Part shown: piece after piece, positions 61,055-64,000 of the stretch
Numbering within the stretch: the first letter of the stretch is position 1
Layout: every line of letters starts with the position of its first letter
Source: Malacoraja senta
Lineage: Eukaryota
Direction of reading: 5' to 3'
NCBI GenBank assembly: GCA_038087875.1
Contig: CM075988.1
Location: 13,704,001-13,768,000 of the forward strand
DNA length: 64,000 nt
Notes under the pieces: generated by a model
What the model was told of the DNA's origin: nothing
The model's input: only the letters and a program-made list of their open reading frames with translations
Database searches by the model: none
Program-made: the position numbers and the translations under genes

Positions 61055-62100
61055 TGTGAATCATTTTGATACCCTTAAGTTATATGGTGCAACCAAGTAC
61101 CTCAGACCTCTAGGTGTTGGGTGGTCATCCAAAACTGTTAAATTTTGTTGGCATCTCCCTTTCAAAGTAAACCTTGAAAAAGACAAAAAAAGTGTGAAGT
61201 GATGAAAAAATAATATTTTTTTAAAAAGTGGTATTATGGTATCTGAGGATACTATTAAAAAAACCCACACCTAATGGTGGTAGATAAGTTCTTGTGAACT
61301 TCCGTAGATGTTGTTTTACATTCAGCTCTGCCCCCTTGTCCAAATATTGTAAAAAAGGAAGACAGTCCGATTCAAAACTGAGAGATATATATAAGAAAAA
61401 GAACAATTCGAGTCTAAATATCTAAATGCATCTTCAACTAATCCAACGTTAAATATATACTAAAATATACCAGTACATATGTTAGTTATATACCCGTGTA
61501 TACCTATACACCGACATTTATTACATTTCACTCCCCAATTAAGTCCCAGTCTTTTATATTAGGCAACAGCAGGTTCCAAGGGGTTAACCAGAGTCAGACT
61601 CCTGGATAACTTCCAAGTATCTGAGTCTCCTCCCCCCTCAGCACTGCTTGACTAGATCTATTATATACGTTTTAGTTTGTTAGTATGTTGTTGATATATA
61701 TCGATATATTTAGCTCATTATCCTTAAACTTAGGAGTAATTAGTAATTAGTTAGCATCGTGGAATAAGCCCCCCTCTTCCCCCTCAGGGGAATTAGTCAT
61801 TATTACATTTTACATTAGTCAGTATTACACAATAGTAGATTAGTGTTATTAAGTTAGTTCAGTTAGTTAATTATTTTATGTTAATATTTGATTATAAAAA
61901 TGTTTCTTGTCATAAGTTTTTATATTCAAATCCATTTGTATTATTTTTCCATGTTCCAGTCTCCGCTTTGTTTTCCATGTTCCCCGGCTCTGTTTTGTTT
62001 TTAAGTCCTTCATTCAGAGTGAAACATACAGTTTGACCTTGAATTCACATTCCCGGGAGATAAAATGTCTAGCCATCGCCTCGTGGAAGATTCCGCCATC

Positions 62101-62928
62101 TTAACGAGAGCATTCTTTTATTTTAAAAGTCTTATCTTCGCCGCTTCTCCTCTGTGATATTATAAGGGACCAACTCCTGATAATCAGTCGGTCCTCTTCT
62201 TGTACATATTTAAATGCCTCTTCTGGGTCGATGAAGGCACGTTCAACAGTCTTATAAATTATCCTCATTTTTGCAGGATACATAATCTCATATCTTACAT
62301 TAGGATTTCCTTTCAAAATCTGTCTTGTCTTTGTGAACATGTCCCTTTTTTTTTTAGCAATTTCAGCTGGATAGTCACGGAAGAATCTTAGATTATCCCC
62401 TTCATACATCAGATCCGATCCATATGGGATCTGTTTCATAATATCTTCCAGAGCAGAGATGTCGTGAAATTTCACTATGATCTGTCTTGGAGGGCCACCT
62501 GTCCTTGTTTGAGCTCGTCGAACCCGGTGAGCCACGTCTATTCTCGGGTTTTCAGGCAGCTTAAATACTTGTTTAAGTAAGTTGGCAGCAAACACCCGAG
62601 GGTTTCCTCCAGCTTCCCTTCCCTCTTTTACTCCAACTATTCTTAAATTCTGCCTTCTCGATCTGGCTTCCAAATCCAGGCATTTATCAGTCATTTTGGC
62701 AAGTTGCTCCCCAGCACTTTCTTGCTCCTTTCTCAGTCTCTTTATCTCCTCAGACATAGCACTCATCGCAGCTTCCATTTCTTCCATAACCGTGTTGTAT
62801 TTTTTAGTAGTATTGAGAATGGAATCAAACTTCTCGATACAGTCTTTTTCAACCCGCTTAATTTCTGTAGTTAAATCCTCCTCAATATCTTCAACACGTT
62901 TCTTTAGATTGGCCATTTGCTCAATCAC
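62101..62928 (-). pseudogene. L1 ORF1p (coiled coil + RRM + CTD)
   Basis: Heptad-rich N-terminal part, then DLEARSRRQNLRIVGVKEG, AHRV, PRQIIVKF, YPAKMRI. The upstream frame is disrupted. Confidence 0.9.
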
Positions 62929-63689
62929 TTCCTCAATGTTTAAATTTTTTAGACAGATTTTTCTCCAGTGTTGTATTCCCTTCTTGTATTATTTTAGCAA
63001 TGTCTTTGGTAATTGAAGTTCTTACCGATTGTTCCAATTGCTCCGTTTCTCCCTTGAAGCCATTTCAGCAGGTAGCCTTTGAAAATCAGCTTCTTCTTCC
63101 GAACTCTCTGTTACTGTATGCAGAGTTTTGCCAAGTTCTTTCAGATGGAGTCTTGTAGCAGGTCTTCCTCTTTCTCATTTAAAACTGTCGTTAAGCTCCG
63201 TTATTTCGTGGCGATTTCTGATGACGTCACTTACGCAACGTCAAACAGCTCCGATGAGTATTTTAAAATCGGTCCCATCTTCCAAAACGTCTTTTTCAGG
63301 ATTTTAACGGGTGTGGAGCTCAATGCTGCATCCTTACTGCTCCATGGCGCCACCGGAAGTCACTTTGGCCGTCAGTTATGCAACAGGCCGGTGGCGCACG
63401 AAGATTTAGTGCAGGATGAAGTCCACAATCCCCTACGCCACTCCACACTCCTCCACACCACTCCATGCGCCCATCCCCGCGCTACCCACACGCTACCCAC
63501 AAGCTACCCACACGCTAGCAGGTCGCGTAAATGGCGCGCGAATGAAGGCCAAGTGGGACAAGCCCTTAGCTACTGGGGTGAACTTCTCACTTGGACTTCA
63601 TTTAATTGTTCAACTCAGCTCTAGCAATTTTTAACATCAAAACAAGATATAGTGATTACCCTTCCTAGCAGTGTGAAAACATGATGCAT

Positions 63690-64000
63690 TGTAGAAAGCA
63701 TACTGTTGTGTTGCGTCACAGCTTGGTTTGGGTACAGCTCTTCCCAAGACTGCAAGAAATTGCAGAGCATTGATGACCATTCGCAGGCCATCACATAAAC
63801 CAGATACCCCACCATTGACTCCATCTACACTTCACACGGCCTCGGGAAAGCAGCCAGCATGCAGAGAAATGCAACGTGTTGCATTTTGGAAAGTCAAACA
63901 AGGGCAGGACCTACACAGTGAATGGCAGGGCCCTGGGCAGTATTGTAGAACAGAGGGTCTAGGAGAACAGGTCTATAGTTTCTTACAAGTGGCGTTACCA
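63690..64000 (+). mobile_element. Rex1-type remnant followed by a CR1 fragment running off the window
   Basis: gcttggtttgg...aaattgcagag...cgggaaagcagccagcat, then aaatgcaacgtgttgcattttggaaagtcaaac (KCNVLHFGKSN). Confidence 0.65.

Larger units (their letters stand above)
59374..63360 (-). mobile_element. L1 LINE with an intact 5' end, ORF1 and endonuclease but an internal deletion of RT
   Basis: A 17-bp TSD cactttggccgtcagtt lies at 59357-59373 and 63361-63377. The 5' end is acttccggtggcgcc. ORF2 stops shortly after PGPDGFSNEFYK (~59575) and joins a 3'UTR with AATAAA and an A-rich tail. Confidence 0.92.
58899..63566. mobile_element. Harbinger-type MITE (~660 bp when empty) containing a Penelope palindrome and a 4-kb L1
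   Basis: TIRs AGGGCCTGTCCCACTTGGCCGTCATT / AATGAAGGCCAAGTGGGACAAGCCCT, flanked by TAA and TAG. An internal TIR copy lies at 59347-59370. Confidence 0.8.

Overview
This is a repeat-dominated vertebrate intronic or intergenic window. The repeat inventory (HE1-like V-SINEs, HER1-like CR1 LINEs, Penelope-type elements) suggests a cartilaginous fish, probably a skate or ray; this is inference. No host gene can be identified with confidence, and every long ORF is transposon-derived. The larger elements are: a Penelope GIY-YIG fragment, several CR1 LINEs, a Rex1/Babar LINE with an uninterrupted 969-aa frame, a DIRS tyrosine-recombinase retrotransposon with intact termini but decayed ORFs, two L1 copies, two Harbinger-type MITEs and a hAT-like element with a 7-bp target-site duplication (TSD). 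The most interesting signals are small non-coding RNA-structured mobile elements. (1) A 146-bp TSD-flanked retro-insertion at 42453-42598 begins with a complete 54-nt minimal HDV-like ribozyme fold, starting at the predicted cleavage site. (2) About 20 Penelope-derived micro-insertions lie around a hammerhead-like core, many as fold-back palindromes with their own TSDs. (3) A bipartite RTE-like element sits at 33872-34275. (4) Three CpG-rich non-coding elements appear to form a family with Rex1-type tails. Family names come from recognising motifs by eye, not from a database search.
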